NCBI GenBank assembly: GCA_043821645.1
Contig: JBDRCO010000022.1
Span: 33,631-97,630, forward strand
Direction of reading: 5' to 3'
Length of the DNA: 64,000 nucleotides
DNA from: Pseudomonadota bacterium
GTDB taxonomy: Bacteria; Myxococcota; JACRCW01; JAFGSX01
Part shown: positions 18,445 to 29,580 of the stretch, one piece after another
Layout: the number at the start of each line of letters is the position of its first letter
How positions within the stretch are numbered: the stretch's first letter is position 1
Made by a program: the position numbers and the translations under genes
Notes under the pieces: generated by a model
Seen by the model: only the letters and a program-made list of their open reading frames with translations
Told to the model about the DNA's origin: nothing
The model's database searches: none

Positions 18445-19368
18445 GTGATCGGTGTCGTCGTGGTGTTCGAGGAGCACTCCAGCATGCCCCAGGTGGTGGC
18501 CGCGGACCGCGAGCTGCTGGGCGCCCCGGTGCTGGCCCGCGCCATCGCCAGTACCATCCCGGCCGAGCGCGAGGCCCAGGTCGTGGTCGCGGTGCCCGGC
18601 GCCCAGGTCGAACGCGTGCGCGAGGACGTGGTCCGTCGCTACGGCCTGATCGAAGTGGTCGAGGTTGTGACCTGGCAGGGCGATCTGCGAGCGACCGTGG
18701 GCGCGGCCCTCGAGCGCTTCGGTGACGGTGTCGAGCTGGTGCTGTTGCACGACGGACGCCGCCCCCTGGTCACCCACGCCACCTGCCAGCAGCTCATCAC
18801 CAGCGCCCTCGAACAGGGCGCGGCCGCCCCGGTGCTGGCCACGACCGAGTTCAGCATCGTGCGCGAGGACGGTGGCCTGCGCCAGGGCCCGGACCATCTC
18901 GGTCTGCTGCAGTCACCCATCGCGGCCCAGCGCGACCGCATGGCCTCGGCCCTGGCTCACGGGGGTGCCGCGGGGGCCAACCTGTACACGCTGCTCCTGG
19001 TCGACGGTGGACGGGTGGCAGAAATAGACGGCGAGCGCGACAACCTGTTGATCCGCGATGAATCTGATCTGTCCCGCGCCATCGAGGTGTGGAGTCGCCG
19101 AGCCATCGACTACCCCTTCTTGTGGCCGCGGCCGGATCGCTTCGACGAGGCCGAGCGCGAGGCCGGAGACGAGAGAGGCAGCTCGAGCGGTGCCGTGGCC
19201 AGCGCGTCCATCGATCAGATGCTGGCCGCAGGCGTTGCTCAGGACGAGACCGAGGCACCCTTTGACGAGGCCATGGCCAGCCTGGCAGACGAGGTCCCCG
19301 GGACGGACGATGCCGAGACTTCCCACGAGGACGAGCCCTCGGATTCCGGCGGCCCCTACGCCGAGTAA
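18445..19368 (+). CDS. Degenerate IspD-like (cytidylyltransferase fold) protein with acidic tail
   Basis: VLLHDGRRPLV, Q(S)P and G...N..I....DL match IspD, but the AAGxGxR and NIKIT catalytic motifs are absent; GTG start with GGAGG RBS. Confidence 0.75.
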   Translation: MIGVVVVFEEHSSMPQVVAADRELLGAPVLARAIASTIPAEREAQVVVAVPGAQVERVREDVVRRYGLIEVVEVVTWQGDLRATVGAALERFGDGVELVLLHDGRRPLVTHATCQQLITSALEQGAAAPVLATTEFSIVREDGGLRQGPDHLGLLQSPIAAQRDRMASALAHGGAAGANLYTLLLVDGGRVAEIDGERDNLLIRDESDLSRAIEVWSRRAIDYPFLWPRPDRFDEAEREAGDERGSSSGAVASASIDQMLAAGVAQDETEAPFDEAMASLADEVPGTDDAETSHEDEPSDSGGPYAE

Positions 19369-19410
19369 GCAATCCCAAGCAGTCGTCCGCGGACGACGAG
19401 GCATCGGGTC

Positions 19411-20061
19411 ATGAGCCTGTCCGAGCAACGCCAGCAGTTCTCGCGCCGCCAGAGGGGCAAGACCCTGCAGGCAGCACTCATGGTGTTTGTCATCGGTCTG
19501 TGCGGGACCATGATCGCGGACCTGTGGGACGACGTGCGCTACGACCTCTCCACCCAGCCGGTGCGCGATCTCGGTCGCGCCGAGGAAGCGAGCCTGGACC
19601 TGGCCGAGGTCCCCGACGACTGCTACGTCAAGATCCGGGGCATCATCGGCAACCGTGGCGCGGTGGTCAAAGGCGGCCGTGTGAGCGCGCTGGTCTACCC
19701 CGAGCGCTGGTACAGGCAGCTCGTGGGCAGCCCGATCCTCATCGAGATCGAGGTGGGCGAGGACGAGGCCCGGCGCGAGCGCTACAGCATGTTCACCGAG
19801 CTCACCATCCAGGGCCGGGCGCGGCGTCTTCACGCCCACAGCGAGTTCGCCAACGTGCTGGCCTTCTACAAGAATCGCTACGGCTATGAGGTCCCGCCCC
19901 GCGGCGTGGTGATCTCGGTGGACCGCATCCCGGGGCAACAGCATGGCGCGCTCATCGGCGTGATCCTGCTTTGCCTGGTCGCGCTGTCCAACATCGGGCT
20001 GCTGGTGCTGCTGATCCGCCGCAAGCCCCGCATCGAGGCCACCGCCCCGGACCAGGACTGA
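19411..20061 (+). CDS. Hypothetical membrane protein (two TM helices flanking a soluble domain)
   Basis: Hydrophobic segments near both termini; GC3-biased codons. Confidence 0.75.
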   Translation: MSLSEQRQQFSRRQRGKTLQAALMVFVIGLCGTMIADLWDDVRYDLSTQPVRDLGRAEEASLDLAEVPDDCYVKIRGIIGNRGAVVKGGRVSALVYPERWYRQLVGSPILIEIEVGEDEARRERYSMFTELTIQGRARRLHAHSEFANVLAFYKNRYGYEVPPRGVVISVDRIPGQQHGALIGVILLCLVALSNIGLLVLLIRRKPRIEATAPDQD

Positions 20062-20204
20062 GCCTCAGCCAGCGGCCGCGATCCCCCCCTCCGCATCGTG
20101 CGTTGCCGACCGTGCCCGGGCATGCTATTCGGCCACCACACTTGAGGTGGGTCCTTTTTCTGGTGCGGCACGCAGCACCAGGACCGCGCACAGGAGAGCT
20201 TGTC

Positions 20205-22034
20205 ATGAAGAAATTCGCCGGCATCGCGCTCGTCTTGCTGACCGCACTGTGGCCCCTGGCATCCCGCGCCCAGGTCGACGGCGGCTCCACGGACCTGTTT
20301 CTGGGGACCTGCACGCCGGACAGCTATGAAGCCAACAACGACATCTCCACCGCGAAGCCCGTCACCGAGGGCACGATAGGCAACCTGACCGCCTGCGACA
20401 ACGACGAGAACGACTGGTACAGCATCACCGTCCCCGCCAACGCCGGCATCGTCGTCGACATCGCCTTCCTCCACGCGCACGCAGACCTGGATCTGTACCT
20501 CTACGACGCGGCGGCGACGGGCACTCCCGTGCACAGCTCCAGCTCGACCTCGGACAACGAGAAGGTCTACAAGATGATCTTCGCGACCCAGACCAACGTG
20601 CTGATCAAGGTCCTGAACTACGACTGGGAAGACAGCATGTGGGCGCCCTACACCATGACCGTGGCCATCCACCCCGGTGGCTATGACCCCTGCGCCCCCG
20701 ACGACAGCTACGAGCCCAACGACACCTCGGCCACGGCCAAGCCCGTGACCGCCGGCTCGCCCATCACCAACCTGATCGGGTGCGACGAGGACTGGTACAG
20801 CATCAGCGTGCCGGCCAACAACGGCATCGTGGTCGACGCCACCTTCCTGGATGACGACGGCAACCTCGATCTCTACCTGTATGACGCCGCCGCCACCGCC
20901 ACCTCGCTGCACAGCTCGCTGAGCTACACCGACAACGAGCGCGTGTACAAGGAGCTGTTCACCACCGCCACCAACGTGCTCATCCGCGTCCGCCAGTCGG
21001 CCTATGGACTGCCCGAGCGCGTGTCCTACACCCTGACGGTGGCCCTGCATCCCGGTGGTTTTGATCCCTGTGCTCCCGATGACGGTCACGAGCCCAACGA
21101 CACCTCGGCCACGGCCAAGCCCATCACGGCGGGCTCCGAAGTCACCGGGCTCGTCGCCTGTGACGACGACTGGTACAGCCTGAGCGTGCCCGCAGACAAT
21201 GGTCTGGTGGTCGACGCGACCTTCCTCGACGACGATGGCAACATCGACCTCTACCTGTACGAGGCCGGGGCCACCCCCACCCAGCTGCACAGCTCGACCA
21301 GCTACACAGACAACGAGCGCGTGTACGCGGAGCTGTTTGACGCCGCCACCAACGTGTTGATCCGGGTCCGCTCCGACGGCTCGCGATCGCAGCAAGCCTA
21401 CAGCCTGACCGCCACTTTGCATGCGGGTGGCTACGACCCCTGCTCGCCCGACGACAGTTACGAGCCCAACGACGATGAGGCGCACGCGGCGGCCCTCACG
21501 GTGCCCGGCACCTTCACCAGCCTGGTGGGCTGCGACAGCGACTGGTACAGCTTCAGCCTGCCCGCGGGCCAGGGCGCCACGGTCGACATCGACTTCACCG
21601 ACGACGATGCGGACCTGGACCTGTACATCTACGAGGCCGCCGACACGAGCACTGCGGTGGATTCGTCGACCGGGACCTCGGACACCGAGGAGGTGTGTGC
21701 GGACCCGGTGTCGGCCGCCACAGACATGCTCATCCGCGTGCGCAACTTCAGCCAGAGCAGCGGCGGCACCTCGGACTACACCATGACCGTCACCCTGCAA
21801 AACACGCAATGCTCGGGCAGCAGCCCCGACGGCGGCGTGGTCACCACCGACGCGAGCGCCACCGACACCAGCGGCGGGCAGGATACCCGAAACGGTGGCA
21901 CGGACGCGGCCTCGGCCGATGCCGGTGACGGCGGCGGTGGCGGCTGCCTGTGCAGTGGCGCTCGCCTCAGTGGCAGCGGTGCCCTGCTGGTGCTCGGCCT
22001 GGCCCTGGTGGCCGTGCGTCGACGACGACGCTGA
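20205..22034 (+). CDS. Secreted protein with four tandem PPC-like (pre-peptidase C-terminal) domains and a MYXO-CTERM-type anchor
   Basis: Signal peptide; four ~125-aa repeats D.YEPND...A....DWY....DLDLYLY; C-terminus GGGCLC..LLVLGLALVAVRRRRR; AGGAG RBS. Confidence 0.88.
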   Translation: MKKFAGIALVLLTALWPLASRAQVDGGSTDLFLGTCTPDSYEANNDISTAKPVTEGTIGNLTACDNDENDWYSITVPANAGIVVDIAFLHAHADLDLYLYDAAATGTPVHSSSSTSDNEKVYKMIFATQTNVLIKVLNYDWEDSMWAPYTMTVAIHPGGYDPCAPDDSYEPNDTSATAKPVTAGSPITNLIGCDEDWYSISVPANNGIVVDATFLDDDGNLDLYLYDAAATATSLHSSLSYTDNERVYKELFTTATNVLIRVRQSAYGLPERVSYTLTVALHPGGFDPCAPDDGHEPNDTSATAKPITAGSEVTGLVACDDDWYSLSVPADNGLVVDATFLDDDGNIDLYLYEAGATPTQLHSSTSYTDNERVYAELFDAATNVLIRVRSDGSRSQQAYSLTATLHAGGYDPCSPDDSYEPNDDEAHAAALTVPGTFTSLVGCDSDWYSFSLPAGQGATVDIDFTDDDADLDLYIYEAADTSTAVDSSTGTSDTEEVCADPVSAATDMLIRVRNFSQSSGGTSDYTMTVTLQNTQCSGSSPDGGVVTTDASATDTSGGQDTRNGGTDAASADAGDGGGGGCLCSGARLSGSGALLVLGLALVAVRRRRR

Positions 22035-22173
22035 GGCGCGCTCCGAGGTTCCTGCCAGTCCTTCCCGTCCCCCCCACCTAGACGCCCGTGACGCCGCCCC
22101 CGCGCGCAGCCGTGGACGTCTGTGTCCGGGAGCGCTACAACCGCGGCATCACCGTCGACACCCGAGGACACGC

Positions 22174-23679
<1,506 letters not shown>

Positions 23680-23950
23680 TGCGATAAGTTGAGCAGCACG
23701 CGCGCTGGCCGCGCTGAACTTTTCTAACCTCCTGTCATCACATTAGAAATTAAACTTCCAGGCGCTTCCGGGCCGTGCCGGGCGTTCCTTTCCCTACACT
23801 GTCGCCAGCCTGCCGAATCACCGAGTACCTTTCTACTCTTTGATCTTTTTCAATTTTTTCGGCAACGCCGGCCGGCAGTTTGCGATAAGCTACGAGAAGA
23901 GCGATCACCTCACGGGATCAACACCGCGCAGCTTGAAGACGGAGGACAAG

Positions 23951-25087
23951 ATGAGTTCGTTGCTGAGCCTGGGAAATTTTAACGTCAACCTCACCGCATC
24001 GTTCGGGTTCACCTCATCGAGCCTCGCCAACACGGTCCTGTCGGGCTTCAATGCTGCTGGCAGTATTGGCGCCTCGCAGATCATGAGCTTCGCCTCGAGC
24101 TTCCAGTCCGGAGGCTTCTCGGCGTCGTTCTCTGCCAGCTTCTCGCGCGGCTTCCCGATGGAGCCGGCGCCGCTGCCGCGGCCTCGACCCGAGCTGTCCG
24201 GTCCGCCGGCCGGTAAGGGGCTGGAGAAGGATCCTCCGGGCTGGCCTGCGGGCTCGGTGCGCACCGCCGGCGGCTACACCGTGGTGCCCGAGGGCAACAC
24301 CTCGTGGAAGGTCTTCAATCCGGGCCAGAATCCGTCGGACAAGCCTGCCACCCACGTGCACGGCGACCCCCATGTCACCGAGGCGGACGGCGGCAAGTGG
24401 GACTTCACTAAGACCAGTGACTTCACCCTGCCCGACGGCACCAAGATCACCGCCAAGACCTCCAGTGAAAAGGGCTACTCGGTGACCAATGGCCTCGAGA
24501 TCACCAACGGCATGGATCACGTCTCGGTGACCGGGGTCAACGGCAAGCCGACGACCAGCGCGGTCATGCCGGACGGCTACGAGTACCGGGCGACCCAGAA
24601 CGCCGCCAATCCGAACCGGCCCGAGTTCAAGCTCGGCGGCGACGGCGACGACTGGTTCATGGTCAAGGACGGCAAGATGGGCGAGATCACCGGCGCCCAC
24701 ATGGATGGCAAGACCGGGGCCTACGAGCAGCAGGTCGACGGCAAGGGCTACCGCATCGACCCCAACCTGCGGCCGCCTATCGGCTCGCCGGCCTGGGGCA
24801 ACATGCTGCGCGACAACGCCCTGGACTTCGTCACCGGCAAGCTGGGCATGCCGCCCTGGATGGCCGAGAACGTGGGGCAGATGTTCCACCAGGACCACGC
24901 CTTTGATCAGCTGTACCAGAACATGCAGGCGCTCTCGCCCTACACTGGACCCTTCGGCGGTATGTACGGGATGGCCTTTGGCTTCGGGGGTGCCTTCGAT
25001 GCCATGAACAACATGGCCGACGCCATGAACAACCTGCAGTATCTGCAAGCCGCCCAGCTCGGTTTCCGGGCCGGGTTCCTGTACTGA
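23951..25087 (+). CDS. DUF1521-like protein with Ser/Phe-rich N-terminus and hydrophobic Gly/Met-rich C-terminus
   Basis: GGAGG RBS; GDPHV...G.WDF....F.LPDGTKIT motif typical of DUF1521; no Sec signal peptide. Confidence 0.7.
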   Translation: MSSLLSLGNFNVNLTASFGFTSSSLANTVLSGFNAAGSIGASQIMSFASSFQSGGFSASFSASFSRGFPMEPAPLPRPRPELSGPPAGKGLEKDPPGWPAGSVRTAGGYTVVPEGNTSWKVFNPGQNPSDKPATHVHGDPHVTEADGGKWDFTKTSDFTLPDGTKITAKTSSEKGYSVTNGLEITNGMDHVSVTGVNGKPTTSAVMPDGYEYRATQNAANPNRPEFKLGGDGDDWFMVKDGKMGEITGAHMDGKTGAYEQQVDGKGYRIDPNLRPPIGSPAWGNMLRDNALDFVTGKLGMPPWMAENVGQMFHQDHAFDQLYQNMQALSPYTGPFGGMYGMAFGFGGAFDAMNNMADAMNNLQYLQAAQLGFRAGFLY

Positions 25088-25124
25088 CGAGCGACTAGCC
25101 TACATTCCTGAGGTCTGCTACAAA

Positions 25125-25159
25125 GGGCCCTGCCGCGAACCGGCAGGGCTCCTTTTTTT
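25125..25159 (+). terminator. Rho-independent terminator
   Basis: GGGCCCTGCCG-CGAAC-CGGCAGGGCTC stem-loop followed by T7. Confidence 0.88.
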
Positions 25160-25280
25160 GATGTGCGCACGACGGCGCATCGAGGCTATGAGCCCACGGC
25201 AGGGCGTGGGGAGGCGTGATCGCATCAGGCTCGTGGCGCTGCCCGCAGAGGCGAGAAGCGGCGTCGCGAAGGAGTGAACG

Positions 25281-26033
25281 ATGGCGACCAAGGCAAAAGG
25301 TCCCGCGGGTGACAAGCTCAAGAAGAAGAAGTCCGAATCACCTCCGGCGCCTGCAGCGGCGGGGCTGGGCACAGCGGTGGCTTCCCGCGAGCCGGTGACC
25401 CTGGCCTACGACGCGGCCCTGCTCAACGACTTCGTGCTGGGCAACATCACCCTGGGCGAACTCGAGGGCATCACCAAGAAGGTGCAGTACGAGATCGCGG
25501 AGCGCGGGTTCAAGCTGCTCAACGAGGGCAAGCTCGATCAGGCCGAGCGCATCTTCAAGGGGCTCATCACCCTGGACCCTTTTGACAGCTACTTCCACAC
25601 CGTGCTCGGGAGCATCCACCAGCGCCGCGACCTCAAGGACGAGGCCATCGAGGAGTACAGCCGTGCCCTCAAGGTCAACCCCTACAACGCGACGGCTCTG
25701 GCCAACCGGGGTGAGATCTTCTTCCAGCAGGGCCGCGTGCTCGAAGCAACGCAGGACATCCAGTCCGCCATCGAGTTCGATCCCGACTGCCGCGAGCCCG
25801 CCACCGTGCGCTGCCGCGTGCTCGCCATGGCCCTGGCCAAGACCATCGAGGAGAACAAGGACAAGATCCTGGCCACCATGGCCAAGGCGAAAAAGAGCAG
25901 TGCTCCGAAGGGCGACGCCAAGAGCGCTGCCAAGGCCAAGAGCGGTGACAAGCCCAAGGCCAAGGCCAAGACCGCGAGTCCCGCGGCCAGCAAGACCGAC
26001 AAGAAGCCCGCCAAGAAACCCGTCAAGAAATGA
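25281..26033 (+). CDS. TPR protein, SycD/LcrH-like type III chaperone family, with Lys/Ala-rich tail
   Basis: ITLGELEGIT...YEIAERG..LL..GKL..A..IF.GL..LDPFDSYF...LG pattern and three TPRs; AAGGAG RBS. Confidence 0.75.
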   Translation: MATKAKGPAGDKLKKKKSESPPAPAAAGLGTAVASREPVTLAYDAALLNDFVLGNITLGELEGITKKVQYEIAERGFKLLNEGKLDQAERIFKGLITLDPFDSYFHTVLGSIHQRRDLKDEAIEEYSRALKVNPYNATALANRGEIFFQQGRVLEATQDIQSAIEFDPDCREPATVRCRVLAMALAKTIEENKDKILATMAKAKKSSAPKGDAKSAAKAKSGDKPKAKAKTASPAASKTDKKPAKKPVKK

Positions 26034-26056
26034 GGTGTGGGCGACCCGCCCCGCCG

Positions 26057-28624
26057 TCAGCCGCGCTCATCCACCCGCCGCATCGCCTCGAGCAACAAGA
26101 AGGTGGTCGAGTTGTCGACGTTCTTGTCAGACTGCTGCTCGCCATAACGGATCTGGAATGAACCTTCACGTGGTGCTGCCAGCGTGTAGAACGCTGGTTC
26201 ACCGAGCTGCTCGCCGGCCCGGGCATAGGTGACCTGGCCGCTGACGAAGCCGATGAGACCCGACACGCCGTCTGCGAACTGGATGGCGACGGTGGCGGTC
26301 TTGCGTCCGAGTTCCAGGGTCTGCACGATCTCGGTGAGCGACATCTCGGACAGCGAGCCGGCGACGCCTCCCTGGGGCGGCGGTAGTGTCGCCGAGGCGG
26401 CCTGGGTCTGCGGCTTGCGCACGATCGAGCGCCGCAGCTTGGAGGCGAGAAAGTCGAGGTTCAGGGGCATGGGCAAGAAGTCGTCGGCGCCCAGCTCCAG
26501 GGCCTTGGACATGTGGTAGTCGTCCGCGCGGCTCGAGAACACGAAGATGGGGATGTCGCGATAGGCATCCCGCGAGCGCGCGGTGAGGATCAGGTTGTAG
26601 CCGTCGACCTTGGGCAGCGAGAGCTCGGTGATCAGTCCCTCGACGCCACCCTCGTCCAGCGCCTCGCGCGCAAGCTGGCCATCCACCACGTGCCGCACCG
26701 AGAAGCCCTCGGACACCAGGCGCGTCTTCAGGCCATCGGCCAGGCTTTGGTTGCCCGTGGCCAGCAGGAGCAACGAGCCGCCCTCGCCCACGGTCTCGGT
26801 GCCGCGATTGGAGTAGACGCGGCGGATGGTCCCCTCGAGCAGGGTCCGCGGGGCCACCACGACCTCAGCGGTCTGGGCCGCGATGAGGATGCGCGCCTCG
26901 TTGATGGTCGACTTGTCGTTGGGATCGGCGACCGCCAGGGACACCCGCCGCGCCGAGAAGTCGTAGCCAATGGGCAGGATGCGCTTGGCGCTGGCGTAGG
27001 CCTCGGGCAAGGAGTTGAGGAGCTGCACCGGGACCTCGACCTGCTGCAGATCGTCGGCGCCGATGAGGGACAGACCCGCCTGCCGTGCCAGGGCCTGGGC
27101 CAGCCGCAGCTCGTCGAGGTGACCTAGGCGCGCCAGGATCTCCCCCAGACGGCCACCCTGTTGCGGTTGCAGCTCGAGGGCCTGCTGCACCGCCGCCGGG
27201 CTCACGGCCCCCATGTCGATCAGGATCTCACCCAGGCGTCGGGGGTCTGGCCCCGCGGCGCGCTTTTCGCGGATCACGGCCATGCGCTTGAGTGGCAGGG
27301 CGGCGAGCTGGGCTCCCCGTTCCGGAGCGGCCGCAGCAGCGGGCTGGGGGCGCATCGCTGTCGCCGGCCGAGGCGCGACCGGAGGTGTCGTGGGTCGCGC
27401 CGCGACAGGGCCTGGCGTGGCGACAGCCGGGGTATGCACCACGACCGCAGGCAGAGCCCCTGGTGTGGGTGCAAAGGGCGCGCTTGCCTTGTCGGCCGCG
27501 CGTGCCGGTTCGTCGGTGATGTCGTAGAAATCATCCACGGTTCGGGGGCCTGTGCCCTCGAAAGACGTGCCGACCATCGGCGCCGCGGGACTGCCAGGGG
27601 CCGCAGGCGCGGGTGGCGACGGCGCTTCGGGGCGCGGTTGCGCAGCAGGAGCGACCACCGCAAGCGGCGGCGAGCCGAAGTCGATGGGAGCGGGCAGAGG
27701 CACGGGAGCCGCGGCGACGGGCGGAGGTGGCACGGGCGACCTCGCCGGTGGTGACACAGGTGGTGCTGCCGGTGGCTGCGCCAGGCCAAAGCTGCGCACC
27801 CAGTTGGCCAGCTGTGCGCTGCTGGTCTGGGCACCCACCACGGTCATCTCCGCGCGCAGGGCCTCGGCGAAGGCTGCGGCATCACTGGACAGCCTGTCCT
27901 CACCGGAGAGTCCCAGGCCGCGAATCACCACCGGTTCGAAGCGAGCGCGGATGGTGCGCTGCTGCTCCTGCTGGGCCGACGGCAGGGGGCGCGAGGCGCT
28001 GGCGTTGAGGACCTCGTACAGCAGGGCCGCGGATCCTGCCACGTCGAGTCTGGGACCTGTGGGCGTCTGGGCCCGGCAGAGCTCGGCGCCGATGAGGGAG
28101 GCATCGCCGTTCTCGGCCACCAGCACGTGCGAGGCGTTCACCTCGCCATGCGCCAGGGGCATACCCTCCGCATCCCGCTGGTGATGCAGGGCCGTGAGGG
28201 CGCTGAGCACATCAAAGACCACTCCCAAGGCCAGCTCGAAGGGCAGAAAAAGCTGGCGTGCCTTGGTCTCGACCAGCAGGCGCGACAGATCGAGGGCAGG
28301 TGGCGCCGCTCGCACCAGGTAGACCTGGCCGCTGTGTTCCGCGACGTCCACGGGCACCACCAGCTGCGTGCAACTTCGCAGCGATTCCAGGCGCTGGATC
28401 CGATCCCGCAGGCCCGCCAGGATCTCGATGCCGGGCTGGTGGAACAGCTTGAGGATGTAGCAAAACTCGCGCTCCTGGACGGTGCGCGCCACGAACAGAT
28501 CGGCCTGCCCGCCGCTCGAGATGCGCGGCCCCAGGATGTAGGGACCACACTGCTGAAAGTTCTCTGCCACGTCCGTCGTCACCTCGCGGTCGCCGCGCGG
28601 ACTCGCGCCGGCGTTCCATAGCAT
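26057..28624 (-). CDS. Multidomain protein: Ser/Thr pseudokinase, Pro-rich linker, MshEN/GspE-N, pseudo-receiver, DUF4388
   Basis: Kinase-like N-terminus (HGEV instead of HRD, no DFG); tandem RLGxxL..G motifs; REC-like domain; G.L.EMSL.EIVQ.L.LGRKT DUF4388 pattern; true start may be GTG at 28570. Confidence 0.85.
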   Translation of the reverse strand: MLWNAGASPRGDREVTTDVAENFQQCGPYILGPRISSGGQADLFVARTVQEREFCYILKLFHQPGIEILAGLRDRIQRLESLRSCTQLVVPVDVAEHSGQVYLVRAAPPALDLSRLLVETKARQLFLPFELALGVVFDVLSALTALHHQRDAEGMPLAHGEVNASHVLVAENGDASLIGAELCRAQTPTGPRLDVAGSAALLYEVLNASASRPLPSAQQEQQRTIRARFEPVVIRGLGLSGEDRLSSDAAAFAEALRAEMTVVGAQTSSAQLANWVRSFGLAQPPAAPPVSPPARSPVPPPPVAAAPVPLPAPIDFGSPPLAVVAPAAQPRPEAPSPPAPAAPGSPAAPMVGTSFEGTGPRTVDDFYDITDEPARAADKASAPFAPTPGALPAVVVHTPAVATPGPVAARPTTPPVAPRPATAMRPQPAAAAAPERGAQLAALPLKRMAVIREKRAAGPDPRRLGEILIDMGAVSPAAVQQALELQPQQGGRLGEILARLGHLDELRLAQALARQAGLSLIGADDLQQVEVPVQLLNSLPEAYASAKRILPIGYDFSARRVSLAVADPNDKSTINEARILIAAQTAEVVVAPRTLLEGTIRRVYSNRGTETVGEGGSLLLLATGNQSLADGLKTRLVSEGFSVRHVVDGQLAREALDEGGVEGLITELSLPKVDGYNLILTARSRDAYRDIPIFVFSSRADDYHMSKALELGADDFLPMPLNLDFLASKLRRSIVRKPQTQAASATLPPPQGGVAGSLSEMSLTEIVQTLELGRKTATVAIQFADGVSGLIGFVSGQVTYARAGEQLGEPAFYTLAAPREGSFQIRYGEQQSDKNVDNSTTFLLLEAMRRVDERG

Positions 28625-28678
28625 CGGCTCCGGACTACAGGCAACAGCCGCGACAACCCAGCCTCCCGGCTGTGGGGC

Positions 28679-28918
28679 TCAAGATCGGCAGTCGGGAAAG
28701 CTGATCGCGTTGTCACGCGCCGACTCGCAGGCCTCGGTCACGCCGCGGCGAGACATATCGCGGGCGCTCACACAGGCGCTGACGCTGGCACAGGCATCGT
28801 CGCTGCCGCAGGTTTCCTGGACCAGCACCACACAGGGGTCGGCCCCACAGCCGACCACGCCGCCCAGCCCCAGGCCGAACATGAGGACCTGCAGAACTCC
28901 GCGCCTCCCGTTCCTCAT
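28679..28918 (-). CDS. Small Cys-rich putative lipoprotein
   Basis: Signal peptide ending VVGC; six further Cys; ATGA overlap with rpe. Confidence 0.65.
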   Translation of the reverse strand: MRNGRRGVLQVLMFGLGLGGVVGCGADPCVVLVQETCGSDDACASVSACVSARDMSRRGVTEACESARDNAISFPDCRS

Positions 28919-29580
28919 GCCGGCACATCCGCGCGCAGCCCGGCGATGGCGCGTGCATAGTCCGCCTGCTTGAAAACAGCAGTACCAGCCACCAGCACGT
29001 CACAGCCGGCTTCCTGGATCACGCCGGCATTGGAGGATTCGACGCCACCATCGACCTCGACATGAACCTGCGGACGCCCCGCCTCGCGCAGCATCGCCCG
29101 GATTGCACGCACCTTGTCGAGAATCCGGGGTAGAAAGCGTTGCCCGCCGAATCCCGGATTGACCGACATGCAGAGCACCAGGTCCACGTCGTCGAGAACA
29201 TAGCGCAGCCCGTCGGGGTGGGTTCCAGGATTGAAGGCAAGACCCGCGCGCGCGCCCAGGCGCCGGATCTCGGCCAGGGTGCGTTGCACATGGGGGCACG
29301 CCTCGACGTGGACGGTGACCAGATCGGCTCCTGCCCCGGCAAAGGCCTCGAGGTAATGCTCGGGCTCCACGATCATCAGGTGCACGTCCAGGGGCAGTCG
29401 CGTGGCTCGACGGACCGCCGCCACGACCTGTGGCCCTATGGTCAGGTTGGGCACGAAACGCCCATCCATGACGTCGATGTGTATCCAGTCCGCCCCGGCT
29501 TCCTCGACGGCGCGGATCTCCTCGGCCAGGCGACCGAAGTCTGCGCTCAGGATCGAAGGTGCAACGATCGACGAGGGCAT
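28915..29580 (-). CDS. rpe: Ribulose-phosphate 3-epimerase
   Basis: IVAPSILSADF, HIDVMDGRFVPNLTIG, DVHLMI, MSVNPGFGGQ and EVDGG motifs; AGGAG RBS. Confidence 0.97.
   Translation of the reverse strand: MPSSIVAPSILSADFGRLAEEIRAVEEAGADWIHIDVMDGRFVPNLTIGPQVVAAVRRATRLPLDVHLMIVEPEHYLEAFAGAGADLVTVHVEACPHVQRTLAEIRRLGARAGLAFNPGTHPDGLRYVLDDVDLVLCMSVNPGFGGQRFLPRILDKVRAIRAMLREAGRPQVHVEVDGGVESSNAGVIQEAGCDVLVAGTAVFKQADYARAIAGLRADVPA

Noticed and set aside
20320-21800. Periodic DNA repeats as a possible CRISPR array or mobile repeat
   Set aside because: The ~375-bp period lies within an ORF and encodes PPC-like protein domains; there are no spacers or cas genes
23862-23888. Sigma-28-like GCAA-N15-TGCGATAA before the DUF1521-like gene (other CGATAA words at ~14575 and ~16445)
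   Set aside because: The -35 elements are poor or wrongly spaced; not supportable
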